DNA of 64,000 nucleotides, taken from the NCBI GenBank assembly GCA_945787155.1, contig CALZHD010000003.1, positions 2,455 to 66,454 of the forward strand. Direction: 5' to 3'. Below the pieces are notes generated by a model. The model had not been told where the DNA came from, made no database searches, and was given only the letters and a program-made list of their open reading frames with translations. How positions within the stretch are numbered: position 1 is the stretch's first letter; every line of letters begins with the position of its first letter. The position numbers and the translations under genes were made by a program. This stretch comes from an uncultured Gammaproteobacteria bacterium. Its GTDB lineage: Bacteria; Pseudomonadota; Gammaproteobacteria; SZUA-140. Of this stretch, positions 23,431 to 33,077 are shown in pieces.

Positions 23431-24786
23431 ATGAATCAACCTACCGCACTGGTCGTCGATGACGAACCCGATATCCGCGAATTACTGGAACTCACCCTGC
23501 TACGCATGGGGATCGACTGCTATACAGCGGCATCTGTGACGGCAGCCAAAGCGGTATTGCTGCAACATCCCGATGTCGATCTCTGCCTCACCGACATGAA
23601 ACTCCCGGATGGCAATGGCATCGACCTCGTACAGTATATACAGGATCGCTACCCCGAGATCCCCTCAGCCGTCATCACAGCACACGGCAACATGGAGTCT
23701 GCGGTACAGGCGCTTAAGGCGGGTGCATTCGATTTTGTCTCCAAGCCAGTGGACCTCGGCATGCTGCGCACGCTGGTCACTACCGCACTAAAACTCAGCC
23801 CCAAAAACCAGACGACCAAACAGGAAGCCGCGCTCACACTACTGGGTGAATCCGGCGCCATTGAGAGCACTCGCGCCACCATCGCTAAACTTGCTCGTAG
23901 CCAGGCCCCAGTGCATATTAACGGCGAGTCAGGTACCGGCAAAGAGCTCGCTGCACGCCTGATTCACGAACAGAGCGCTCGCGCAGACAAACACTTTATA
24001 CCGGTCAACTGTGGCGCAATTCCCGAAGCGCTAATGGAAAGCGAATTCTTCGGCCACAAAAAAGGAAGCTTTACAGGTGCCACCACGAACAAGGACGGCC
24101 TCTTTCAGGCCGCCGATGGCGGCACGCTGTTTCTCGATGAAGTGGCCGACCTGCCACTTCACATGCAGGTCAAACTCCTGCGCGCCATCCAGGAGAAAGC
24201 GGTACGCCCCATCGGCGAACATCAGGAGATCAACATCGATGTACGCATTCTCAGCGCCACTCACAAGGATCTCGCGCAGCTAGTCAAGGAAGGAAAATTC
24301 CGTCAGGATCTTTTCTATCGTATCAACGTCATCGAGCTCCATATCCCGGCATTAAGAGAACGATCTGATGATATCCCGCTGCTCATCACCCATATATTGG
24401 AACGGCTTGCCGTCAATGAAGGGGGCAATACGCCATCACTACATGATGAGGCACTGACAGCACTGCTTAACTACGATTTTCCAGGTAATGTACGGGAATT
24501 GGAAAACATTCTGGAACGGGCCATGACCCTGTGTGAAGGCAGCAGTATCCGAACGGAAGATCTACAGTTGATTCATCACACGCCTCAGATGCAGATCACT
24601 AGCACCACTCCCCCAACGACGCCTTCAGGCAAAAATAGGCCACTCGACCCCCTGCTCGGTGATATCGAAAAGGAAACCATCGTAAAGGCACTGGAACAGG
24701 CCAAATACAATAAGACCGCCGCAGCCAAACTGCTCGGCATCTCATTTGGCGCATTGCGCTATCGTATGAAAAAGCTGGGGCTATGA
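23431..24786 (+). CDS. pilR: Sigma-54-dependent response regulator PilR
   Basis: 451 aa with a REC domain (DDEPDIREL...D54 context), an AAA+ sigma-54 activation domain (GESGTGKE, GAFTGA-like) and a C-terminal Fis-type HTH. Confidence 0.9.
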   Translation: MNQPTALVVDDEPDIRELLELTLLRMGIDCYTAASVTAAKAVLLQHPDVDLCLTDMKLPDGNGIDLVQYIQDRYPEIPSAVITAHGNMESAVQALKAGAFDFVSKPVDLGMLRTLVTTALKLSPKNQTTKQEAALTLLGESGAIESTRATIAKLARSQAPVHINGESGTGKELAARLIHEQSARADKHFIPVNCGAIPEALMESEFFGHKKGSFTGATTNKDGLFQAADGGTLFLDEVADLPLHMQVKLLRAIQEKAVRPIGEHQEINIDVRILSATHKDLAQLVKEGKFRQDLFYRINVIELHIPALRERSDDIPLLITHILERLAVNEGGNTPSLHDEALTALLNYDFPGNVRELENILERAMTLCEGSSIRTEDLQLIHHTPQMQITSTTPPTTPSGKNRPLDPLLGDIEKETIVKALEQAKYNKTAAAKLLGISFGALRYRMKKLGL

Positions 24787-24923
24787 ATTGTCGCCAGCAC
24801 ATATCGCCATACAAACCGGCACCAACTGCGCTTTAAGCACAGATTCTGTTCAAAATGCGCACCCTGACAACCATGAGATCACATAGCCGTGCCATTATAA
24901 AGCTCTGTAAATCAGTGCTATTC

Positions 24924-24939
24924 TGTGACCTCCGTCACA
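24924..24939 (+). promoter_or_regulatory. Palindrome TGTGAC-N4-GTCACA, a candidate PilR/enhancer site upstream of the pilA sigma-54 promoter
   Basis: Perfect 6-bp inverted repeat about 65 bp upstream of the -24 element. PilR sites characterised in other species contain (C/G)TGTC cores. No binding-site scan could be run. Confidence 0.3.
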
Positions 24940-24992
24940 AAATACAGGCAAAAACAGATCGCACAGCCCGTCTACTACAAAAAACTAAAGTT

Positions 24993-25008
24993 TGGCACGG
25001 TGCATGCA
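24993..25008 (+). promoter_or_regulatory. Sigma-54 (-24/-12) promoter of pilA
   Basis: TGGCACGgtgcaTGCA matches the TGGCACG-N4-TTGCW consensus with correct GG/GC spacing. It lies about 95 bp upstream of the pilA ATG and downstream of pilR. Confidence 0.65.
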
Positions 25009-25102
25009 GATACCAATGTGCGAGGCAAGCATATCTCCGGTATATGGAGAACAAGAGCAACGCCAGAAAAGCTAAACCATTTATATACTCAGGAGAACAA
25101 AT

Positions 25103-25558
25103 ATGAAAAAAGTACAACAAGGTTTTACACTGATTGAATTGATGATCGTGGTCGCCATTATCGGTATTTTGGCCGCCATCGCGATTCCACAATTTCAGGA
25201 TTATGTGACACGCGCCAAATTCCAGGATGGCACGGCCGCAATCTCTTCCGTCAGAACAGCAACCGCTGTCTGTATTCAAGAAAATGCAGGAGACCCAATG
25301 TCTTGTGATGATAATACTGAAATCGGTGTAGTCATGGGAACGACTGCTGCAGAAGGCGCCATCACTATCTCTCGAGGCACATTTACTGCCAGCACCAATG
25401 GTACAGGTGGCACAGCAGTATTCGTCATCACCGGCGATGCCACTCTGGGCGCTTGCGTTGTCACAGCTACTGGCACTGTCAATGCGACCGACATCAGCTG
25501 GGATTACGTAACCACTGGCACTAACTGCACAAAATCAAAAACAGGCTATGACACATAA
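25103..25558 (+). CDS. pilA: Type IVa major pilin
   Basis: 151 aa with a class III leader MKKVQQG followed by [22 protein letters not shown] (prepilin peptidase site G/F, Glu5). The C-terminal region contains 4 Cys. Confidence 0.9.
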   Translation: MKKVQQGFTLIELMIVVAIIGILAAIAIPQFQDYVTRAKFQDGTAAISSVRTATAVCIQENAGDPMSCDDNTEIGVVMGTTAAEGAITISRGTFTASTNGTGGTAVFVITGDATLGACVVTATGTVNATDISWDYVTTGTNCTKSKTGYDT

Positions 25559-25584
25559 TAGCTAGTACTACCCTCCCCTCTGGC

Positions 25585-25617
25585 CCCCTACAGTTTCTGT
25601 AGAGGGCCATTTTTTTA
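25585..25617 (+). terminator. Rho-independent terminator after pilA
   Basis: A 9-bp GC-rich stem (CCCTACAG-ttt-CTGTAGaGGG, one bulge) followed by CCA and a T7 run. Confidence 0.7.
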
Positions 25618-25823
25618 TATTTAGGACTCCTCTAAAACAACACCACTCATTGCTAGCAACCCGTTGTTTTTCGAATAAACGAAGAATGAACTAACAATGT
25701 GCGTCAAAGACCTGATGCCTATCGTTAGCGGTAAGTCATAAACACTTTCTAACCCCCTAAACAATTGCTGCGCATAGCCGATAGCTTTCATACGATAAGA
25801 TAACTCAATTAATTCTGATAGTT

Positions 25824-27542
25824 ATGAGTACACCAGCAACCAGTATTAACCTCAGCGGTCTCGCCAGAAAACTGGTGTTAGACGGACTGCTGGAAGAAGA
25901 TAAGGCCATTGAAGCCAATGAACAGGCGAGCAAAAAAAAGACACCCCTGGTTCGCTATCTTGTAGAAAATGAAATATTAGACAGTAGCTCCATCGCTCAC
26001 GCTGCCGCACAAGAATTTGGCACCCCTGTTTTCGATATCAACAGCATGGATTTAGAGATCGCAGCGACTAAGCTGATCGATCATAAAATGATCCAGAAAC
26101 ATAACGCGCTACCACTATTTAAGCGTGGTAATCGCCTCTTTGTCGCCGTATCTGACCCAACTAATCAGCAAGCACTGGACGAATTCAAATTCAATGTAGG
26201 CGCCAATGCCGAAGCAATTCTAGTTGAAGAAGATAAACTCGCCAAAATCATTGAACAGGTCTTAAATGAGCAAGACACCAGCATGGATGATCTTGACGAC
26301 ACCGATCTGGATGATATCGACATATCCGGCGGTGATGAAGATAGCATGGGAGATGATAGCGATGACTCCGAGGTAGACGATACCCCGGTAGTGCGCTTCG
26401 TCAACAAGGTATTGCTCGATGCCATCAACAAAGGGGCATCTGATCTCCATTTCGAACCTTATGAGAAGGTCTACCGGGTCCGTTTTCGTGTTGATGGCAT
26501 CCTCCAGGAAGTCGCCTCCCCACCCATTTCGCTGGTAAGAAAGATTTCTGCTCGTATCAAAGTACTCTCTCAACTGGATATCTCGGAACGCCGCGTCCCT
26601 CAGGATGGACGGATGAAGATGAAGATTTCAAAGACCCGCGCGATCGATTTTCGTGTCAGCACCTGCCCCACATTGTTTGGTGAAAAGATCGTTATGCGTA
26701 TTCTTGATCCCAGCAGCGCCACCCTCGGCATCGACGCACTTGGGTACGAACCAGACCAGAAAAAACTCTTCATGGACGCCATCCATAAACCTTATGGCAT
26801 GGTGCTGGTTACCGGCCCAACAGGGAGTGGTAAAACGGTATCACTCTACACCGCGCTCAACATTCTCAATACCGATGACCGCAATATCTCAACCGCGGAG
26901 GATCCGGCAGAAATTAGCCTCGCGGGTATAAACCAGGTCAACGTAAACCCCAAGGCAGGACTCACCTTTCCGGCCGCATTGAAATCATTTCTACGCCAGG
27001 ATCCAGACATCATCATGGTGGGTGAGATTCGTGATATTGAGACAGGGGAGATTGCGATCAAAGCGGCGCAGACAGGTCACTTTGTGCTCTCCACACTTCA
27101 TACCAATGATGCACCGCAAACCTTGACGCGGCTGATCAACATGGGTATCGCACCCTTCAATATCGCCTCAGCAGTGAGTCTGATCATTGCGCAACGATTG
27201 GGACGCCGTCTGTGTAGCCATTGCAAGCAACCCGTTGATCTCCCCAAGGAAGCTCTGTTAAAAGAGGGTTTCAAGGAAGAGGAACTCGATGATCTCACTA
27301 TTTATGGCCCTGTTGGATGTGATCAATGCAACGGCGGCTACAAGGGCCGTGTCGGTATTTACCAGGTCATGCCAATTTCAGAGGGCATGGGAAAACTTAT
27401 CATGGAAGGCGGCAATGCAATACAACTCGCTGAACAGGCAAAAGTAGAAGGCGTCAACGATCTTCACGCTTCCGGGCTAATAAAGATCAGACAAGGTATT
27501 CTCAGCCTCGAAGAACTCAACCGAATCGTCACTGCCGACTAA
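25824..27542 (+). CDS. pilB: Type IV pilus assembly ATPase PilB
   Basis: 572 aa GspE-family secretion ATPase with Walker A (GPTGSGKT), an Asp box and a tetracysteine motif (CSHC...CDQC). Confidence 0.95.
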   Translation: MSTPATSINLSGLARKLVLDGLLEEDKAIEANEQASKKKTPLVRYLVENEILDSSSIAHAAAQEFGTPVFDINSMDLEIAATKLIDHKMIQKHNALPLFKRGNRLFVAVSDPTNQQALDEFKFNVGANAEAILVEEDKLAKIIEQVLNEQDTSMDDLDDTDLDDIDISGGDEDSMGDDSDDSEVDDTPVVRFVNKVLLDAINKGASDLHFEPYEKVYRVRFRVDGILQEVASPPISLVRKISARIKVLSQLDISERRVPQDGRMKMKISKTRAIDFRVSTCPTLFGEKIVMRILDPSSATLGIDALGYEPDQKKLFMDAIHKPYGMVLVTGPTGSGKTVSLYTALNILNTDDRNISTAEDPAEISLAGINQVNVNPKAGLTFPAALKSFLRQDPDIIMVGEIRDIETGEIAIKAAQTGHFVLSTLHTNDAPQTLTRLINMGIAPFNIASAVSLIIAQRLGRRLCSHCKQPVDLPKEALLKEGFKEEELDDLTIYGPVGCDQCNGGYKGRVGIYQVMPISEGMGKLIMEGGNAIQLAEQAKVEGVNDLHASGLIKIRQGILSLEELNRIVTAD

Positions 27543-27558
27543 CCCTTAGGAAATTAAA

Positions 27559-28782
27559 ATGGCTACTAATACTGCGAGCAAAGACACCTTTATATGGGAA
27601 GGCACCGACCGAAAAGGCACCAAGGTTAAAGGTGAAACCGAAAGTAAAAGCGCAGCGCTAGTGAAGGCAGAATTACGCCGCCAGGGTATCGTCCCAAAAA
27701 AGGTGAAGAAAAAGCCGAAACCGCTCTTTGGTGGGGCTAAGAAAGGCAAAATCACCCCCGTGGATATCTCGCTCTTCAGCCGACAGATGTCAACAATGAT
27801 GTCTTCCGGCGTACCGCTGGTACAGTCTTTTGACATCATCGGAAAAGGTCATGATAACCCCGCAATGCAGACACTCATTATGGCAATAAAAGGTGACGTT
27901 GAAGGAGGCAATACCTTTGCCGATGCGCTTGCAAAGCACCCGCTTCAGTTTGACGATCTCTACGTTAATCTTGTCACTGCAGGTGAACATGCCGGTATTC
28001 TCGAAACCCTGCTCGAAAAGATCGCCACCTACAAAGAAAAAACAGAATCGATGAAGGCCAAGATCAAAAAGGCGATGTTTTATCCCATCGCCGTGGTCGT
28101 CGTCGCCTTTATCATCACCGCTATCCTTTTGATCTTTGTGGTTCCCCAATTTGAGAGTATGTTCAGCAACTTTGGCGCCGACCTACCTGCACTCACACTA
28201 TTCGTCGTTAACCTGTCTGTATTTTTCCAGGCATGGTGGTGGGCAATCGTTGGTATCGCTGGCGGCTTTGTCTATACGTTAAAGGAACTAAAAAGGCGTT
28301 CAAAAAAATTCAATCATTTGTTAGATAAAGTTGTACTTAAGGCACCAATCATCGGTCCCATTATCACCAAGGCCACCATTGCCCGCTTTGCCCGCACCCT
28401 TTCTACTATGTTTGCAGCAGGTGTACCACTTGTTGAGGCTATGAACACTGTCTCAGGGGCGGCGGGTAATATCGTTTATACGACCGCTATCATCAAAATG
28501 CGTGACGAAATATCAACCGGCAACCAACTCAATGTCGTGATGAAACAGTCAGGCCTGTTCCCTAACATGGTCATTCAGATGGTCGCCATCGGTGAAGAGG
28601 CTGGCTCCATTGACAGCATGCTTTCAAAAGTGGCCGACTATTATGAAGAACAGGTAGATGATGCCGTTGATGGCCTCACCAGTCTGCTGGAACCTTTGAT
28701 CATGGCCTTTCTGGGCGTCGTTGTCGGTGGACTCGTAATCGCAATGTATCTGCCAATCTTTAAAATGGGCTCTGTCGTATAA
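27559..28782 (+). CDS. pilC: Type IV pilus platform protein PilC
   Basis: 407 aa GspF-family protein with two repeated domains. Confidence 0.95.
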   Translation: MATNTASKDTFIWEGTDRKGTKVKGETESKSAALVKAELRRQGIVPKKVKKKPKPLFGGAKKGKITPVDISLFSRQMSTMMSSGVPLVQSFDIIGKGHDNPAMQTLIMAIKGDVEGGNTFADALAKHPLQFDDLYVNLVTAGEHAGILETLLEKIATYKEKTESMKAKIKKAMFYPIAVVVVAFIITAILLIFVVPQFESMFSNFGADLPALTLFVVNLSVFFQAWWWAIVGIAGGFVYTLKELKRRSKKFNHLLDKVVLKAPIIGPIITKATIARFARTLSTMFAAGVPLVEAMNTVSGAAGNIVYTTAIIKMRDEISTGNQLNVVMKQSGLFPNMVIQMVAIGEEAGSIDSMLSKVADYYEEQVDDAVDGLTSLLEPLIMAFLGVVVGGLVIAMYLPIFKMGSVV

Positions 28783-28835
28783 TCTCAAAAAAGAATCACC
28801 AATCAACAGATCAAACCAGAGTCTGAATAAATATT

Positions 28836-29711
28836 ATGCTACAGCTTTTTATCGACAATCCCATTGTCTTCATCGCCGTGATTGGCATTCTGGGGCTACT
28901 GATCGGCAGCTTTCTCAATGTCGTCATCCTGCGTCTACCGGTCATGATGGAAAAAGAGTGGCATGCTCAATGTAACGATCTCTTTGGAAAGCCATCCTCC
29001 ACTGAAGAGGAAGATACCCCGTTCAATCTGATCACGCCCAACTCACACTGCCCAAAATGCAATCATGAGATCAAAGCGATTGAGAACGTTCCCGTTCTGA
29101 GCTATCTATTTCTCAAAGGTCGATGCAGTGATTGTGGCACGCGCATTCCGTCTCGCTACCCTATTATCGAAGCTACTACCGCACTATTATCGATAGCCGT
29201 GGCGTGGCACTTCGGCCCTACCTGGGAAGCCGCGGCTGCGCTACTGCTAACATGGGGCCTCGTCACACTCACCGTGATCGACTTCGACCACCAGCTACTC
29301 CCTGACAGTATCACATTGCCATTTTTATGGCTGGGCCTGGGAATTAGCCTTGCTGGTATCTTTACCGATGCCGAATCCGCCATCATCGGTGGACTGGCCG
29401 GCTACCTTAGCCTCTGGTCTGTCTACATTGTGTTCAAATGGACCACCGGCAAAGACGGCATGGGGCACGGTGATTTCAAACTGCTCGCGATGCTGGGCGC
29501 ATGGCTGGGGTGGCAATCCCTGCTACCTATCATCCTGCTATCTTCGATGGTAGGTGCCGCAGTCGGCATCACGCTCATTGTGATACGCGGCCGAGATAGA
29601 AATATCCCCATCCCATTTGGCCCCTACCTCGCCACCGCAGGCTGGATCACGTTGCTATGGGGCGATCAAATCATTCAGTCATATTTGACAACGATGAGCA
29701 TCTCACCCTAA
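28836..29711 (+). CDS. pilD: Prepilin peptidase / N-methyltransferase PilD
   Basis: 291 aa A24 peptidase with CPKC...CSDC zinc-binding motifs and 8 TM segments. Confidence 0.95.
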   Translation: MLQLFIDNPIVFIAVIGILGLLIGSFLNVVILRLPVMMEKEWHAQCNDLFGKPSSTEEEDTPFNLITPNSHCPKCNHEIKAIENVPVLSYLFLKGRCSDCGTRIPSRYPIIEATTALLSIAVAWHFGPTWEAAAALLLTWGLVTLTVIDFDHQLLPDSITLPFLWLGLGISLAGIFTDAESAIIGGLAGYLSLWSVYIVFKWTTGKDGMGHGDFKLLAMLGAWLGWQSLLPIILLSSMVGAAVGITLIVIRGRDRNIPIPFGPYLATAGWITLLWGDQIIQSYLTTMSISP

Positions 29712-29743
29712 ATAGAACCTTTGTACAAACAAAGGTTCTATTT
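29710..29743. terminator. Perfect 15-bp palindrome (AAATAGAACCTTTGT-acaa-ACAAAGGTTCTATTT) between pilD and coaE; putative terminator or attenuator
   Basis: Perfect inverted repeat beginning inside the pilD stop codon, followed by a T-rich tract (TTTATTCTC). It is AT-rich for a terminator, so function is uncertain. Confidence 0.45.
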
Positions 29744-29763
29744 ATTCTCATGCGGGCTATCTC

Positions 29764-30363
29764 ATGTTGGTTGTAGCGCTCACTGGCGGTATTGGCAGTG
29801 GTAAAACCACCGCCTGTCAGCTATTTAAAAAATTGGGCACCCCGATCATCGATGCCGATGAAATCGCGCGCCTTCTGGTGCAGCCGGGACAACCAGCGCT
29901 CAACGAAATTGTAAAACAGTTTGGTCAATCTATCCTCACAGCTGAGGGCACCCTCAACCGTGCAAAGCTACGTCAGATAATCTTCAGCGACGTAGACAAT
30001 AAGACGTGGCTCGAATCGATTCTGCATCCACGTATCCGCCAGGAAATGGCTCGCAGGATCAATGAACTCAATGCCCCTTACTGCATCGTCGCCATCCCAT
30101 TACTGGTCGAGACAAACCAGATGGAGATTGCTGACCGTATCCTGGTGATAGACGCCCCTGAAACAGAACAACTCAAACGGGTGACCCTGAGAGATAATCA
30201 ATCACAGGCTGAAATAGCGGAGATCATCTCGTCACAAGCAACACCCACCGCGCGCCTTGCCGTTGCCGACGATATCATCCATAACGATGGCGATCTGGAA
30301 AGGCTGCAACAGCAGGTCGAGTCTCACCACCAAAAATATCTCTCATTAGGCAAGACCGTATAA
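29764..30363 (+). CDS. coaE: Dephospho-CoA kinase
   Basis: 199 aa with a P-loop (GGIGSGKTT). Conserved pilD-coaE linkage. Confidence 0.9.
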   Translation: MLVVALTGGIGSGKTTACQLFKKLGTPIIDADEIARLLVQPGQPALNEIVKQFGQSILTAEGTLNRAKLRQIIFSDVDNKTWLESILHPRIRQEMARRINELNAPYCIVAIPLLVETNQMEIADRILVIDAPETEQLKRVTLRDNQSQAEIAEIISSQATPTARLAVADDIIHNDGDLERLQQQVESHHQKYLSLGKTV

Positions 30364-30496
30364 CAGTCTAATTTGCCATTCTACTTAAGGTGATAGACAA
30401 TGGGGTCGATAGAGCCCTTAGTGGGACGACAAAAATCCTTAATATTCAGCAGTCTGTAAAACAAAGCGAAACTCATAACTAGCTCAATCGAAAAAA

Positions 30497-31261
30497 ATGA
30501 GGCAAATCACATACGAACAACCACTGAATGAGAGAATTCGTCTTTTTTTAAGACTGGATTTTCTTTTTCAGCAGATCGACTACACCCTGCCACGAGACTC
30601 CGCGTGGGACAGTCGCGCCACGCTCGCTTCCCTGCTGGATGTGCTAAATATATTCAGCCGCGCCGACCTCAAGACCGAGGTGATCATGGAGCTCGAGCGC
30701 ATCAGTGCAGGGCTCTCTCGCCTCGAAAGCACGCCCGGTATCGATCATAAAATGCTGACTCAGTTACTGGATGAAATTGATCGCCTGGTGGACCTACTAC
30801 ACGGCTCTCAGGGCCAGATTGGTCATCAGCTGCGCCAAAACGAATTCCTCAGCGGTATCAAACAGCGCAGCAGCATTTCTGGCGGTACCTGTGATTTCGA
30901 CCTGCCAAGTTACCACTACTGGCTAGAACGTCCGATTGCTAAACGTCAGGAAGATCTACAACAGTGGATCTCAAGGTTCGATGACATTCGCGCTGCGATC
31001 GCCCTGATCCTGAAACTCATCCGTGACAGCGCCACGTCGACCAACGAAATTGCAGAATCAGGCTTTTTCCAACGCACGCTCGAAACCAGCGCCCCTTTTC
31101 AATTGATCCGCGTTACGATCCCGGAAAATATTCCCTGCTTCGCGGAGATCAGTGGTGGAAAACACCGCTTCACAGTGCGATTCATGAGCACCAATTTCCA
31201 GGACCGCCCCACACAGTCGTCGCAGGATATCGGCTTCATTCTCACCACCTGCGCAATCTAG
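30497..31261 (+). CDS. zapD: Cell division protein ZapD
   Basis: 254 aa with YacF/ZapD-family similarity, followed by yacG as in E. coli. Confidence 0.85.
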   Translation: MRQITYEQPLNERIRLFLRLDFLFQQIDYTLPRDSAWDSRATLASLLDVLNIFSRADLKTEVIMELERISAGLSRLESTPGIDHKMLTQLLDEIDRLVDLLHGSQGQIGHQLRQNEFLSGIKQRSSISGGTCDFDLPSYHYWLERPIAKRQEDLQQWISRFDDIRAAIALILKLIRDSATSTNEIAESGFFQRTLETSAPFQLIRVTIPENIPCFAEISGGKHRFTVRFMSTNFQDRPTQSSQDIGFILTTCAI

Positions 31262-31271
31262 CGGTGTTCTC

Positions 31272-31454
31272 ATGAATGTCAGCTGTCCCACCTGTAAAAA
31301 AGAGGTCAAATGGTCAACGCAGCAACGTTGGCGCCCCTTCTGCAGTGAGCGTTGCCATCTGATCGATTTTGGCAAATGGACAGATGAGGAACATCGCATC
31401 CCTGGAGCACCACAAATCTCCGCAGAAGAAGAGAGCGACGTCAACGACCGCTAA
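31272..31454 (+). CDS. yacG: DNA gyrase inhibitor YacG (zinc ribbon)
   Basis: 60 aa with a CPTC...CSERC zinc ribbon and a conserved W. Typical YacG. Confidence 0.8.
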   Translation: MNVSCPTCKKEVKWSTQQRWRPFCSERCHLIDFGKWTDEEHRIPGAPQISAEEESDVNDR

Positions 31455-32417
31455 TCATAAAAGCTGCTGCTCCAGTCCCCACAATGCCCCAATCGCTGCC
31501 ACCCCCTGCGCGCCGGCCCGTTGCGCCGTCGGCAGATCATCAAGCGTCATCCCGCCCAGTGCATAGACAGGCACTGAGACCGCTTGAAGCAATTGCGCAA
31601 ACTGTTGCCAACCCAATGTTTCAGCACCCGGATGAGTATTGGTCGGCATCACCGGTGAAAGAACGACAAAATCGACGCCAACATCGCAGGCATGTTTTAA
31701 TTCCGTCGCATTGTGACAGGAAGCTGAGAGCTTGAAGTCTCGCCCCAAAGGCCGGCGACTCAGAGACATTAATTCGCTGCCAGAGAGATGTAGGCCATCA
31801 GCACCGACCTCGAGCACCACATCTACAGCCCCATTGAGCAATAGCATCGCCCCGAAACGATCACACAATACCTTCACTTCAGTGGCAAGTGCGCAGTATT
31901 CATCCTGTCGCAACGATTTGGCGCGCAACTGCACTAACTGTACACCGGCCTGCAGCGATGCCACCAATCTATCCAGAAACTGCCCACCCTCTTTCGCAGG
32001 GTCTGGCGTAATCAAATAATACGGAGGTAATTGCATCGCCGTGATCACCGGCAGATTTGCCCGTGGAAATTCACGCTGCTGCAGTGCATCGATCGCAACC
32101 CACTCTAACGGCTGCCCCTCACGGCCATGCGGCTCGCCTGAGAAGCGATCGATTCGCCACACATCCAGCATGATCGATTTATCTGGATAGTCATGCGGAA
32201 TCGAGATCAAAGGCGTCAATGATTCAAGACAAATGCCCAGCTCTTCATCAAGCTCACGCGCGAGTGCAGAGGTAACACCCTCCCCCGGCTCAACCTTGCC
32301 ACCGGGAAACTCCCATAAGCCGCCCTGATGGGCATCGGTATGACGGCGCGTAAGTAATACCTTACCGTCACGCACCACCGCAGCGGCGACAATGTGCTGT
32401 CGCAAAGAACTCGACAC
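31455..32417 (-). CDS. mutT: Nudix 8-oxo-dGTP diphosphatase MutT fused to a thiamine-phosphate-synthase-like (ThiE/TenI) domain
   Basis: 320 aa. The N-terminal part has the Nudix box (GGKVEPGEGVTSALARELDEELG). The C-terminal ~200 aa has a TMP-TENI fold (LRAKSL...LSPVMPT...LGG). This two-domain arrangement is known from the Pseudomonas MutT. Confidence 0.8.
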   Translation of the reverse strand: MSSSLRQHIVAAAVVRDGKVLLTRRHTDAHQGGLWEFPGGKVEPGEGVTSALARELDEELGICLESLTPLISIPHDYPDKSIMLDVWRIDRFSGEPHGREGQPLEWVAIDALQQREFPRANLPVITAMQLPPYYLITPDPAKEGGQFLDRLVASLQAGVQLVQLRAKSLRQDEYCALATEVKVLCDRFGAMLLLNGAVDVVLEVGADGLHLSGSELMSLSRRPLGRDFKLSASCHNATELKHACDVGVDFVVLSPVMPTNTHPGAETLGWQQFAQLLQAVSVPVYALGGMTLDDLPTAQRAGAQGVAAIGALWGLEQQLL

Positions 32418-32986
32418 TAAAACATAAAACGGAGACCGAGGTGACCGCCATCATCGATGTCGATACTGCCTCCATTATCGAGATCCGCATCAATATTGCG
32501 GTAACCTAGATAGACAACCGCCTGGGTCAACACCTTGTACTCAACCCGAAATTCGGCCGACTGCAAGTGTTCACCATCCATAAACGTCAGGATCTCGGGT
32601 GAATAATAAATCTGTCCGACAATGCCCAGGCGACTCAGTGACGGTGGTGAATATTGCAACAACCCACCAATCGCCAGCGCGCCGATATCGGCTCGATTAG
32701 TCCCTACCCCGTAACCACGAACACCGACACCAGCGATCAAACCTGGCGAGCCACTGCCCGCCTCACCCTTGATATCAAGCCCGATGATGCCAAGATAGTC
32801 ATCCGCTTCGGTATAGACCATTCCCACCTCCAGGCTGGCGCCGCCGAGGCCTTCATCACTGGTGAAAGGTGAAATATAGAGTAACTGGACACTATCATTG
32901 TTGAGATTGAGGTCCAATGTATCGGCCTTAACAGCAGAAGTTGTCATCAACACCAAACCTAAAAACAGGGCGTACCGCTTAAACAT
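32417..32986 (-). CDS. YfaZ-family outer-membrane beta-barrel protein
   Basis: Start refined to MFKRYALFLGLVLMTTSAVKA (signal peptide) with AAGGAG placed 7 nt upstream. Gly-rich beta-strand pattern and a C-terminal F residue. The longer ORF-track N-terminus is likely spurious. Confidence 0.6.
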   Translation of the reverse strand: MFKRYALFLGLVLMTTSAVKADTLDLNLNNDSVQLLYISPFTSDEGLGGASLEVGMVYTEADDYLGIIGLDIKGEAGSGSPGLIAGVGVRGYGVGTNRADIGALAIGGLLQYSPPSLSRLGIVGQIYYSPEILTFMDGEHLQSAEFRVEYKVLTQAVVYLGYRNIDADLDNGGSIDIDDGGHLGLRFMF

Positions 32987-33077
32987 GCATTTACTCCTTA
33001 ACCTTCGATCCACCGGGATCTGAATAATAATCAATTCGCGCCAATCTACCACAGCATACAATTCAACCCAACCATAT

